From Fimbriosthenelais zetlandica (taxonomy: Eukaryota), in NCBI GenBank assembly GCA_977030845.1, contig OZ365110.1:39804001-39868000 (forward strand): a stretch of DNA of 64,000 bases, read 5' to 3'. Positions within the stretch are counted from its first letter, which is position 1. Each line of letters opens with the position of its first letter. The notes below the pieces were generated by a model. It saw nothing but the letters and a program-made list of their open reading frames with translations. It did no database searches and was not told the DNA's origin. Below, one piece after another: positions 51,267 to 64,000 of this stretch. A program made the translations under genes and the position numbers.

Positions 51267-54200
51267 GTAAGGCAGAAAGGCTGTCAGGAGAGCCATAGAT
51301 CGAAGCTAACTACCGCACTAACCATGGATCAGGCTGTCAGATGGGCCAGCCACACCAATACACCCTCCCATTCATTTGTCATGCTCTATTTTTGTCCATC
51401 GTTTGTATCATTTAGTCGGGAGTTTTCGACAGAGATATGGCCCCAGGAAGTTTTTAGCGGTGTGCTTCAGTTCAGCACCATTGACTTCATCCATAAAAAA
51501 ACTCTCAAAGATTGGTCAAAAGTTTGCATTAATTACCCTTTATGCTGGTTATAAGTAATGCATAGAACGAGTTTCCAAGAGATTGCTTCCGAAGGGAGGA
51601 GCACCTCACAGCAGATAGGCCATAACCTGAGGACCTTGAATGGTATATATATATTTTCGGTCACGCTGGGCAGTAGTGAAAGGAGAATAGAGGGTCCCAT
51701 ATGTATGCAAATTGACAGAACATAATAAGGACAGTGTAGAAGTGTCTGAGAAAGGATCCCTTTCTACCCAGTAGACTGACAAGAACGTCCTTAATATGAC
51801 AGAGTCTGAACCCCAGACGATCAATACTAATTGGATCCAGGCTTTGGATCTTAGATCTTCCGGGATTCAGTGGAGAAAACATCAATTGATTGGCCGGGGG
51901 AACTGAGGGAGAGAGGAACCTCAAAAAAACCCCAGCACGAGAACATTTCGCTTTCTCTGTAAGACCTTATTATAGATCTGGCCTGATAGGTCATGGACTT
52001 GGTCTTATGAATGATTGGTATCATCTACAGAGGTCCTTTTGAGGTGTATGAGCCAAGGGATGGAGCTTAGATTTCCAGTCAGTATTAAGTAATAACTATA
52101 TTTAGAATTTCAACAACAGTTGAATTTCTAATGACAACTTTTCAACAGGAAAAGAGTTTCTGTGTTGTTTGCAGTTTCAACTTTTAAACACTAAAAAGTG
52201 TCATTTCTGGGACTTCTACATCCTGTTTTGGCTGAAAGCCAGGCGTATACATGTAGGCTACCACTTAATCTTAATTTAATATTGAAGTCTGGCTGGACTG
52301 CAGTCATTGGTTTCCATTTGCTATGGCGTACCAACATGTTGTTCCAAGCCTTTCGGATCTCATTAATTTTACGTAACAATTCCCAGAAACGCTGATAACT
52401 CTGCAATGAATGTTATCTTTGTAATAGCTTCGATTCTGGGCAAACAATCCCATGAAAAAATGTCATTAGGCTCAGCATTATGTGGAACATGTAAATTAAC
52501 TGAAATATGTATTACATGAACATGATGAGCAATATGATTTTAATTCTAGATAGGTCTGAGCTGAGCACATGAGGTCATATTCTTAGAATTTATTTCAGAA
52601 TAGCACAGGTGGAAGGTGAATTAAGGAGAGGCTGTACTGTGAGAAGGTAGGGGCAGTGTTAAGAGAAATGTGTGATATATTTGTATAGTTCCATCAGTGG
52701 GAGCTGACCCTACCTCACCTCATCACCCCTTCTCACATGAGCTCCAGACTGGTCCATACTCAACAGGTGGTGAGGATCAATACCCGCATACATAACAGGT
52801 GGAGGCCCTATCGATCCCTGTGCAGCAGCATGGGGGACCTTTTTACCTCTATTAGTATACCAATTACAGCCCTGATTCACTGCGGCAAGGGGTTAGGTGA
52901 CGGAAATATAACAAATCTTAACCTTTTCACCTTTCCATCACATTATCTCTTTAAATCCACCCTAATCTAGTCTTGTTGCAAGTATTATGCAATTTAGAGG
53001 CTTTGCTTTTATTTATTTAATAAATATCATATGAATCTGGCCTTACTTATCACCAAATTATGTGGACACAACATATATGACACCAAAATATAACCAAAAT
53101 GTTTTGGTGCAGTGATTTTTACAATAATACATGTAACTGGTTATCAGTTATAAACTGATCTGCCTGTTCGAAAATGTCCTAGCATGATGCTGTGTACATT
53201 TTGAATGTATAACATTTTAATTTTGCATCGCTGAGATTTAACTCATTGGTGGAGGTATAGACCATGATAGTGGATCAGGGATATATAAAGGATTTCCCAG
53301 GACCTTGTAATATCGGGAGTGCAATCACTCACGTGTCCCGTGCTTCCATATAGTTGTGTACATTTCACACTGGCGTTGTTAAACAAGGAATGAACAAACA
53401 TTTCTGTCTGGCCACTTTTTGTAGGTAGATATATGGGAGGTGTAGAGGCCCTGCCAAACACAGAATTCTGACAGTGCTGTGACAGTGAACGTGAGCCCTC
53501 TCATGGGGTCTCGGCCCTTCTGCTGTTTCTTTAAGTGATGGGTATTATGCCTTGGCTTTCACTTTATATTCTGACAGACGTCTGACCCTCTGACTGCGAG
53601 ACATTTATCCTATTGATCATTTATGCTGCACGGTGGTTTATTGCTCCTTTAATGCTATTCTGCTATATTATGCTGCTTCAGAGCATACTCAACTAGTATG
53701 GTATGAGAGGGCTGAGTCTACTTCTAATTGAATTGCCCAGCTATTTAGACTAGCCACGACATATACATACCATACACCAGGATATGCCCCAGGGACCGGC
53801 CTCTTCTCGTGGCCTCGACATCGTGTGTCCATCTAATAAAATAATTTTCTTTCGTGATTAGTTAATGTCGTTTTTGGCTTCACCTCTAAAATGTGCATGG
53901 ATTCATGTTTCCTATTGTCATGGAGGTTTTTTTAATCCACGTACAGTTAGTTACATGTTGTAACGTGTATATATAAAGTGGTAGATCTACTTTAACAGCA
54001 GAGTCGTTTCTCATGTAAAGAAAATTGTGAAAATCTTCGCGTGAAATTATATCAAATATACTAGAATTGAAAGGAATAAAGAAGGGCCGGAAAGGTGGAA
54101 AGTACCTAATTTAAAAGGTATTTCCCCTAAGATAGTGATTGAGAAGATATCAAATTCACTCCATCCCCTACTGCAAATTCTCTTTTATATTCTCTTTGCC

Positions 54201-55012
54201 TTCATATCAGAGGAAGCAAATGCTTTTAAGTGTTAACTAAACTTGTTGCCGGAGGAGTGTGACACAGATCCAATGATTAAGCCTAGTATAGAGGGATCTG
54301 GTAAGGATCCAATGGACCAGCTCCCGCCCCCATCAGATCCTCTCCCTTCCCCCATCAGATCCCCATCATATGCTGGAGCCGCCCACTATCTTGGATCTGG
54401 TGGGATCCTCAGACACTGGAGGGGGTCAGTAGCTCATCCTGCCTCCCGCCGGTCACCAGATCCAGCCTGCCACACCCATCCTACCATCTACCCATCGTTT
54501 ACTCATGTATAGGGGTCAGTGTTTGCTATAGGCTCTAACAGTTCATCCACCCACAACTCTTGTACTCTTACAATACACTGAATTATATCTTTTATACCTT
54601 TTTCATTTATGTATGATTTCATGACTTGCCATTCTTTTATGTAAATCATGTACCATTGCATTTGGTAATATCCAGTTGCTGAAAAACAACTTCATGACTA
54701 GCCTTATTGAATATACTGCACATTCTTATATTAACCAGAAATAATATAAGATTTGGGTGTGGCATTCGGCTATATTAGAATATTTGAATATATTCTTTTT
54801 ATTACTAGGAATTCCAAGTTGCCATTCCAGATCATTGTGATCATTGATCTGTAGCTTGGTTGCCTGTACATTGAGTAAAGCCCCAGATGGAATTGATCAA
54901 TGAGTATACACTGATAAGGTATCCTCTAATGGAGGTAATTTAGCCTGCTTCAATCCGAATGAGCCATCTACGTGTATACTCTCTACCAACTCGTATTTTA
55001 CTCTGGGACCAT

Positions 55013-55110
55013 ACGGGAGCAGATCCAGGATTCAACTGGGAGGGCAGGGGGGGGGGGCTAAATGTAACCTACACCCCCTCCCTCAGAAAAATTTGAAAAT
55101 AAAATATCAG
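55013..55110 (+). mobile_element. Truncated 5' end of the CAGGGGCGGATCCAG MITE family
   Basis: GGGAGCAGATCCAGGATT followed by a G-run and CCCCCTCCCTCAGAAAAATTTG; no right TIR found. Confidence 0.35.
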
Positions 55111-56644
55111 TACATGTATTGTGGTGGGAAAGGAGAAGTTTAAAGGCCTATAAAATATATTATATAGAGATTATATTTAGGCCTATTCCAGGGTTATGAG
55201 AAAAATAAATCTAGATTCAACTGACTGAGGATTGTGGCTTATGCCAAACCCTCCCCTACCCGCCAGTGATGTGCAGTTGGCACAGAGTGTTGTTGAGCCA
55301 TATTATCTAGTCAGAGAAGTCCATATTTCACTGGACGGTATACGTGAAGCAATACAGGCCCACACTATCCAGCCAACTTCCACATTTACCACTTCCTGCC
55401 AGGAGAAAGGGGCCGGGTTCTGATGTTAACCACTCGGCCCGAGAGATGTAATGGTGGCTGTGCTGATGTGTGCAGAATACTAGAGCTGACCAGAGCCGGA
55501 CAAATGCATGGCCTCAGGCTAATAATGGTCAGTAGTAATGTGTGCTTAATGGTCACAATGGGATCATAATGCTCAATTAGCCACACAGTGTAATGTTATA
55601 TACCTTCTTGAACCAGTATATAACTATGAAATATAATATTTTAGATTTTAGGAATCAAAGATAATATGCATATTTAACCCAGAAGACCTCCGTTCAGATA
55701 GGAGAGAATACATCTAATAAATTCAAAAATTCATTAACAAAAATCCAAATGGTGTGATCAGCATTCATTGGGCCATACCGCTTGAAATGGTATACTATAG
55801 CACCTGGCTATTTTCCAATTCACTTCAGAAGATATAAACTTACGGGTTCGGGGATGGATTGCATGTAGGGTAGTCTGAAATTTGGCACCACCATCACATC
55901 TGACGCTATGTGAAGGTTTTGTCTTTTGCCAAGTGAGCCTATAGCATTGCATGAAGTTAACATTGGTAGGCTAACAACTTCACACCCTTGGGCTATACCC
56001 TGATTTGCCATTTGTTTGTGTATACGATTGATGGGCTGATATCAAATGAATCATTTGGCGTCGTTGACAATATTTTAATGTACTTGGGATGTCTGAACTC
56101 TGGCCCGGCATGTTAATTGATGAAGATGAATGAGTCAGCGTGTAGGTAGGGTAGCACTGGGCGGTGAATGACATGCTATGGTGTTACAATGAGAGGGTGA
56201 GCAAGGGAAGGGGCGTGCCTGGCCTCAGGCTGCAGGATGATAGGTTATATTCGGGTGAAATTTCCTCCTCAATCTCTCTGAACAGGAAGAAATTGTTTTC
56301 TAAGGAGAACCAGTTATATCACTAAAAATGTACTGATAATATCTAGCATATTGTGTGAGTCAGAACGGACGTTGCAAGGGTACTGACAATAGAATGTAGG
56401 CTAGCCTTCCATAACTGATTCAAGGTTTAAGAGAACTATCAGAGATATAAAAGATTCTGATTCCAGAATGTCTCTGAAAAATAAAGATAGCCTACTATGG
56501 TAAGGACTATGGTAATTTCACTATAGATTCCATTACTGATGTCACACAACTGATCAGCATCTGGTCATCTGGAAAGAATACGACCAGCTGCTGAAGCAGA
56601 ATGAGAAGCAGTGGAAAGATCGTGATTGACCTCCCGGAAAACAA

Positions 56645-56658
56645 AGGTCATTAGGTCA
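56645..56658 (+). promoter_or_regulatory. Perfect nuclear-receptor DR2 element AGGTCA-TT-AGGTCA
   Basis: Exact consensus half-sites; the 5' half is extended to AAAGGTCA; a third half-site TGACCT lies at 56627-56632. Confidence 0.5.
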
Positions 56659-59600
56659 ACCGAGGACCGGCAGGTGGCGACACACTGCCGGCATGTGACC
56701 AGAAAGTGGTCAGATGGTGAGGAGCTGCTCCTGGAGGAAGGATAAATCTTCCCCTCCCTCCCCCCCCCCCCCCCCCCACCACACCTTCTCCAGGTGGCCA
56801 GTGAACCCTTGTTTGAGTTTAACCTACAATCAGGCTTTCATCCTGAGGGCACATTCTTTACACGAGTATGTCTAGTAGGTGTCTGTTCGGGTTAAAATCC
56901 CTGACCAGAGCAACTCAAGATCTGATATGAGAGTTGATGAGCAATTTATGTGTATGACTCATATTTTTGTTCCAATAAATTTCATATTCCAATATTTAAC
57001 ATTCAGATTTCCCCACCTACGCCTACACGGGAAGAGTGCAGGTTACTAGATAGTCACAGAAACAAAAGGGGAGTCCCTCAAGGGTCTGCGTTGATTCCAT
57101 CATTATTGTAATAGTAACTTTATGTCCCGCTCTCAACGGATGATTACCAACCAATGCAGGTAGTCCAATATTTATATACTCTACCTTTATTGTGGACACG
57201 TGAAGTTTACATATGGTAATGAGAGAGCAGCCAGTGGGCACACACATTCACATAGCTACATGAGCATCTCTTCATTCCTCCACCACACCCTGGAGCGACT
57301 GCTGCTCCCTCCAGTCCCTCCAGTGTAGGAAAAGGTCATGGTGACTGTTGGCGACCACCGCCACACACAGACATGGAGCATGTCTGGGGAATGGGCCAGC
57401 TAGGCCTGAATTATTGATGAAGGGGGGAGGGATCTATAATACTGGATCCCATAGAGGAAATGTCATGTACACTCGCCCCCTATTCACCTGAGATTGTGGC
57501 CAATGCTAAAAGGCATCTAATCTGAATAATTAGTATCTTATTTAGTTCATTTCTGTGGTTTTAAAGTCAGTAGAAACATATTTGTGTATGAAGTAGATAA
57601 ATGATCAATGTAGGCCTACATGATGCTGCCGTTTGGAAAGAACACTCACACTTTTGTCTCTAGATACTTTTAAATCTTATTTGCAAACAATATCTTGGAA
57701 TATACATGTACATGTATGAAGGACAAACTTCTCCAAAAGGTCACTGATATATGGACAATGAAAAAAGATTTGAAAGAGCTTCTGAGGTAAAAACTACGAA
57801 GGACCATTTTGGAAATGATATGTTTATCTGGATTCCTTGCCTGGCCACACCACCATATACGATAAAAACATTCAATATTCCGCGTGGAGAAAGAAACGGT
57901 ATACATTTCCTTGAGGTTATCACTGTAATCATCTCTAGCTTCGGCTCGTGCCTATGGTGGGGAGCTTGGTTGGCATAGAACATAACAAAGCAAGGCCATA
58001 AGGAGAAGCAGGGTGGTTAGACTATCTCACAAGGCGGGGCATGGCCGAGGCATGTGAATGTTTTAGTGAATACAGTCAGGTCTCTGACATGATGTTGACA
58101 TGATACACATGATCTCTGGCTACATGTGGTTCGCCTGTGATAAACGAGAAGGCAGGATCGTCCATATATTCTCACTCTATCACCACGGTCTGCCTCTATA
58201 TATACTGATCCCAGGTCCCATGATAAAGTCAAGACTACAGAGCCAGTTGCTTCTTATTGTGAGTCTGCTAGGATGTTCTCATGGTCCTTGATTGATTGTT
58301 GCCTATAATGCAATATCATGACAAGACATTTACATGGCTTTTCCCGGCCAAAGCTCCAACCTTTCCTGAATATGAATTCAAGAAAGTAGAAAGTACTCAA
58401 TAAAGGGTGTGCCACTGTGAAGAATATAATTTTGTTTTAGGGAGATGAATAATAAGCCATGCATGCCAGTTTCACCCAAATAGCATGATTTTTCATCATT
58501 ATATGTCATCCTCCCCTGCCTATTTTTCATTATTTTCCCAGGCCTGGAAATTAATCTTCACTCCCATGATTTTCCATGGCCGTGGGAACCCCGTTCTTTA
58601 TGGTTATTATACTGAGATAACAATGAGGCTTCAGCAAGTCTATACATACTCAGATATCTAGTGTCTACAGATTGCACCTTGACAGGAGAGGAACCATTCA
58701 TCTTCAATATGGTGGCCAGGGAGGTAACTTGACCATCGTCCATTCACTTTAAGATGGGTCTCAATTTGCTTCCCGTCACTGTGGGAGAACCTTACCAGCA
58801 GGCTATGAATGGTCCCGTTTATAATTTATAGAAATACCCGTCCCTCCATTTTTCTCCAGGATCACCTGAGATCAAATGACAACTTTCCTGTTTTGCTAAT
58901 TAACCTACATGTCTATCATTATGTGGCAGAGCAGTATCCTCTCCATGCATGTCTATGAAAATATTTAGGTAGGAGGATTATTCTAGTAAAACTGCCAGAG
59001 ATTTGCAACGTTTATGAATTTAAGATCAGTTTTATCATTATAATAATCCACAGGTATAGGCTATGATTGATATCCTACACCTTAGAGTAAGATGATCATC
59101 TTACTCTAAGCCTACACGTAGTACCTATGTATGCCCATATCGATATGAGAATTATTCTATTAAACCGAAATATTCTGAAGCATAGAGCATTTCAGAGCAT
59201 AGAGGGTGAATGGAGGGTACTAAACTTTAAGGGGTCAAATCACGCCCCTGTTCTTGAGAAATTTAAGGAATGTTACTTTGTTTTGATACTGGATCAAATC
59301 AAGCCATGAACCTAATGCTAAAGTCAGGCGCTATGACAGAGGGTAGTGAAAGCTGCTGTCTGATTCAGTGATTGGTTTTAAACTGTACTTGGCTTCCGCC
59401 AGGAATGTATGCCAAGTGCTGTAATCTGTATGTATACAAATAGGCCTGTAATGTGTCGTAACTCAGAAACCCTATAACAGTCATCCCATCAATGGATATA
59501 TACCAGTGGAGTGGGAATGGAATACATAAATAAATGGAGGCTAAGGTCGAGGAGTGTAAATATTGAGTAGTTTCTGAACAAGGAGAAACGGCAGGGACTG

Positions 59601-62600
59601 GTGCCTTAATACTATGAGCTAACATTATTCTCCACCTTTTCATTTTCACATTCCGCAGTCTGGCTTAAGAGGCCATCTAAAGACAAATCGGCCAGAGTAC
59701 CCGATGATTAGCCCGAGAAACTGATATTGCCAATTGCCTTATTTTAATTTAATCGACAATTTCTCGACGTGTCGGAAGATGGCAGAAATCAGCAAAATAT
59801 GTCGGTTGCTTGGGGTCTGTCAGTTTGGTGTGTAAATAACTTTCTGTACTGCAGTTGCGGTTGCAATGGATCCCCAGTGAGTTTTGTAAGATTGTATTAT
59901 TCATCCTCAAGAAATGTGAATAACAACATTTGTTTCTTTTGGCAGGATAAAACATGAGTAAAAATGACACTGGCTGGGCTTCCTTTCCTCATAAACATGA
60001 ATTAATAATGATAAAACTTGGAGAGAGGCTGTTTTTCTCCATTTCCTTGTGAATAATGTACATTGGTGGAGAAACATTGCGGAAAGCTGGACCAACTAGA
60101 GATGATCAGTGTCTGTGTGAAACATTGATTGCAGGCCATGGAGTATTTGTCATGAGGAAGTTGGACCGCCAGCCGTCTGCAGATGGATAAATAGTGGGAA
60201 GACAGTGGGGGAAGGAAGCTGAGTGTGGGGACAGAGGGAGGTTGGGGGTTGGGTAAAGCTTGCCCCGCACTGCAGGCGTCTGACAGCCAGAATAAGTGCA
60301 TTTCAGTCAACGATTGTGTCCAAAAAGGCAGATGGATGGTTCTAACTTTTGGATCAGAACATTGATCTTTTCCATAACAGAAACTATTATCAGAAACAAT
60401 TCGATGGTCTATGTTCAAACGTGTGCATGTGGCATTCCAGTGTGGGTGGTGAAACATTTGTGGAAACATGAATGACCAATAGCCATGCTTTCAACTCTAG
60501 ATGCTTTAGAATGGCAATCACACGCACACCTCCAGTGTGTGACCACCTTAAAGCATGTGTCTGGCCTGCTGGTGCTCCCTCGTGGTAGCTGATAGCTAGG
60601 ACGGATCAATGCAAACTCTCACTGACAAGAGGCTGTGAATTCTTGATAGGGACAGCTGAATTATTTACCACCCTCTGTCAAATGAAGCCTTACAGCCATT
60701 GTTTTCATATCCAACAAATTATCCTAGTCTCAATGCAAGGATGATAGTGTATGCCTCATACCCGCAAACCTCAATATCTGATATGTGGATGATGGATATA
60801 TGTTGCCCAATTGTAGCATGTAAGTAGGTCCATATGGGGCAATTGCGTGTGTAATCTTGGGTATGAAATGCATCTGGTGGTCACATGGGATCAAGGGCCA
60901 TGAAACAAGCTTTGTCTATATTTATTATAGAACATATCCAAAAAGATATTCCAAAGTGGCATTGGACAATCTTTTTATTGATTTTATTTGTCAGGATTCA
61001 GAAGTGTTAGGTTCGCTTTGAAATACCAAAATTTAAGCATTGACATCCCAAAACTTAAAACGGGCCACACATTCCTTGCCTTTTCTGCACCCATCTGCCA
61101 TCAAAAAGAGCCGCTTTTACCCGTCACCACCATTGAGCGAACATGAAGCATCTTAACTTTACTAGTGGTGAAAGGTTTTATGTTGGCCGGGAGCTCTCAG
61201 GGTGCTTCTCACCGGGGAGGGTGAAGAATTCCCAGCCTGGGGGATATAACACGTTCATAATAATGTGCACACACCTCAAGACGAGTCCTTCAAACCTACA
61301 GTCGATCCTCTCAAAAGACTCCACCCCTTGCCTTTCTTTTAAAACACATATTTCAACTTAGTAACTATCGAGTGACACTTACTCTGTCACTTTTCTTTCG
61401 AAACGTGACCCATTTATTAGCGTCTTGAGCGTACTTCTTGACTGGAACATTGGAAAGCTTACAGATCAGAAGGTGGGCGGTAAATGGTAAAGTGTTAAGG
61501 TGCCAGAAGACTGGGAGTGGGTGAGTTGTATGTGGCCAGATGGGACACGGCTGAGGAGCTCAAGTTTATATAGAGCAGCTCTCACAAATCTTCAGAAGGA
61601 GAGGCCAAATAGCATACTAGCCCCTCATGGAGAGTTCAATATGACCTTAATGCACCCTCCAAGCACCAAGATCTACACAAAATCAAGATGAGCTCACTAC
61701 GGTAATATACACTTACGTATTGTATTCCCTCACTCAGCCTACAGTATGGGGTACCCAATGACATTTACCCATTTTTCCTCATGCAACCCAATTTTAAAAT
61801 CACTATTCCCCACGCAATTTTCTTTCATGCAACAGAATGTTAAATACACATTGCTTTGCTTCTGTGATCAGGGAGCTTTGTTGGGTGTTCTCCCTCTAGC
61901 ATTGTATTTATTTGCACACCCCTAAATTCCCCATTACCCGCAGAAATTCTTTGCTTAAATATCTCGAGCACCTCTCCGCATTGAGCACAGTTTAAATAGC
62001 CCTAAATTGCCATTACGCAAACCCCTGTAAGCTTGGGTTGGCCCTCCAGATGATCTCCACTGCAAACACCCCCTTTCCCCCCTCCCCCTGCAGGCCAGCT
62101 GGAGGGATCCAAATATCTAGGTCAATAGCAGTAATATAGGTCAACATCTGCTCGTCTCAAATGACGGTCAGAGTGAGCTGCTCAGACCAGCTGCAGGGAA
62201 GCAGCTGTGGAACAACTAGCGGCAACCATTGCCTTTTCAGCACAAAAAATAGAGCTCAATGATTGCTATGCTTTCGGCAGTCTCACAAAGTATATGTATG
62301 GCTTTCATGACTCTACATAGGAGCATTAGCTAATCATTGTTGCCATACACAGACATCTACTGTGCTCCTGCATCCATTTATTTCTGCTCCAGTAAATGAA
62401 GGAAGCATTGCTCCTACCAAACTTGACGAGCACAGTCACGAAGCGAGGCAAACAAAGCTGGCAAATGTGACCTTCAAACACCATCCCGACTGAGATAATT
62501 GATTGTTCCGCACCCTGACTACATTTGCATTTTGCCAAGGTTGGCATTTGAATCTTTCGGGTTCATCCTCCGTCTGGAAATAGCTCAGCATTTCAACTGT

Positions 62601-64000
62601 TCACCAAGGCATCGCATGGGGTGATCATGGAACCCAGGTTGCACCTTGAATCGATGGGCTAAACATTCCAGGATGTCATTTGCCTTGCTCACTCTCTCAG
62701 GTCGTTTGTGAACCTCATTTTCAAAGCCTGACCTGGTTTTCTTTGATATTTCTCAAGGGAATGATTCTACATTTAAGTCAGTGGCACAGTTAAATTAAAG
62801 GTCTTTCTCCGTAACCACTAGTGTCATGATGTTTTAGTGAGATTCTTTTGATAGCCATCCACGACTCGTAATTCGTTCCAGCCATCCAAAACAAGCGTGA
62901 CCCCTGGAGGGACTGTGCAGTGAGAACACGGGGGGTTCAAAACGCCAAGGCTTTTTGTAGCCCAAATATTAAAATCTTTCGGCCCACAAGACCCTCTTTT
63001 ATAAAGGGCTGAGCGGTCAACCACCTCGCCTCTTCCAAAAACCAGGATATCTTTGGATACTACAAAGGGCCTACTTGAGTCTTTAAGTAAGAAACCACAA
63101 GCCTGTAATAAGAATTTCACAAACCCTATGATCCACTTGCCATATATAATGTGTGGTAACACAGACATGGATCATGTTAGGTAATTTATACCCCACCCTC
63201 TAACTCATGTCCCGCGGGCCTCAGAAAGCAAGCATGAACTCATCCCATTGATCAAGAGGCCAGGCCACAGATGTCCCCGACCAGATATGCCCCATCCTTG
63301 AGATGAATTGCTCTCTGGATTCAAATGGAATTGCATGGGTACTGACTTATTCACATCCTATCTTTTTGTGGATAAATCACTGGTCTTTTATCCAGATACA
63401 TAGTCTGTAGCCCCATAGAAAAAACACAGAATGAATGTTCATGTTATGAAAGCATGTTGCGATAGGCAAATAAGGGAGTCTTTTATATGCATTCTGTGTA
63501 AATAAATATCAAGTTCAAACAAACAATCTCGGTTTTCCCTTGGCCTGCTGCTTATCTTTGGGGTATGAATGATGGTCATAGTGTCCCATCTCCAATTGCT
63601 GGCAAGTATTGGAAATGGTTCTTCGATTGGTACAACACCCGGCAGAATGGGCGAGCGCTATCTCAAATCAAAATAAGAGATGCTATCAGGTTTATTGCTT
63701 TGCGTGGATGTGGAGCTACACATTCCAAGGGCTGCGTCTAGTTACTAGGACCAGGAGATGAGGAGAAAATAGCTTTATGATCATCACTACATGTTTATTA
63801 TATAGACTTGGTAAACATTGTTATCAAGATTTTGCAATTTCCCTCAATATCTATCTTGGGATTACTAAGAGGAATTTCTATCTATGAGGGGTTGATCCCG
63901 TGGAATTGCCAAAGTGAGACTGGATTCCATATATTCATGCTATTCATATCTTGAGATAAACAGGTTTTAAAAATGACCCACTGCAACCCTAATGGATCAT

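Noticed and set aside
16788-56502. Other ATG...|GTAAG candidates (16826 phase 0, 39163 phase 0, 47400 phase 1, 54300 phase 1, 56499 phase 0)
   Set aside because: Not phase-compatible with the main exon set and lacking promoter-like context; used as a measure of chance background.
1-64000. Most ORFs in the supplied six-frame track
   Set aside because: Short (60-156 aa), often starting at non-ATG codons, with no recognisable domains or splice support. Several simply read through MITEs or tandem repeats (480-872, 11370-11777, 14291-14681, 15824-16135).
1-64000. CRISPR array, prokaryotic operons, rRNA/tRNA genes, intact transposase or reverse transcriptase
   Set aside because: No repeat-spacer array, no gene-dense organisation, no clear A/B-box cloverleaf and no long ORF with catalytic motifs. 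The 25-bp and 18-bp arrays lack unique spacers.

Overview
AT-rich, intron/intergenic-type eukaryotic DNA. The frequent TAGGCCTA and TACATGTA words, G/C homopolymers and MITE-like repeats resemble marine invertebrate genomes, possibly echinoderm or hemichordate (inference only). There is no complete gene, operon, CRISPR array, rRNA or clear tRNA, and almost all ORFs in the supplied track look spurious. The clearest coding signal is the 5' part of one large + strand gene. It includes a 429-nt Ser/Thr/Pro-rich exon at 22223-22651 (phase 2 at both ends) and ATG-initiated exons at 29987-30003 and 37118-37299, with weaker candidates at 7780, 17633 and 51250. All end in a phase-2 donor, suggesting an array of alternative promoters and N-termini that splice to a common exon not found in this window. 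The gene cannot be named from sequence alone. The remainder is non-autonomous transposon fragments (including a TIR family with 5-bp target-site duplications), tandem and dispersed repeats, and candidate cis-regulatory blocks (homeodomain palindromes, CTCF-like motif clusters, a perfect nuclear-receptor DR2, a CCTTTGA-rich minisatellite, an RGATCY cluster). Regulatory calls are motif-level only.
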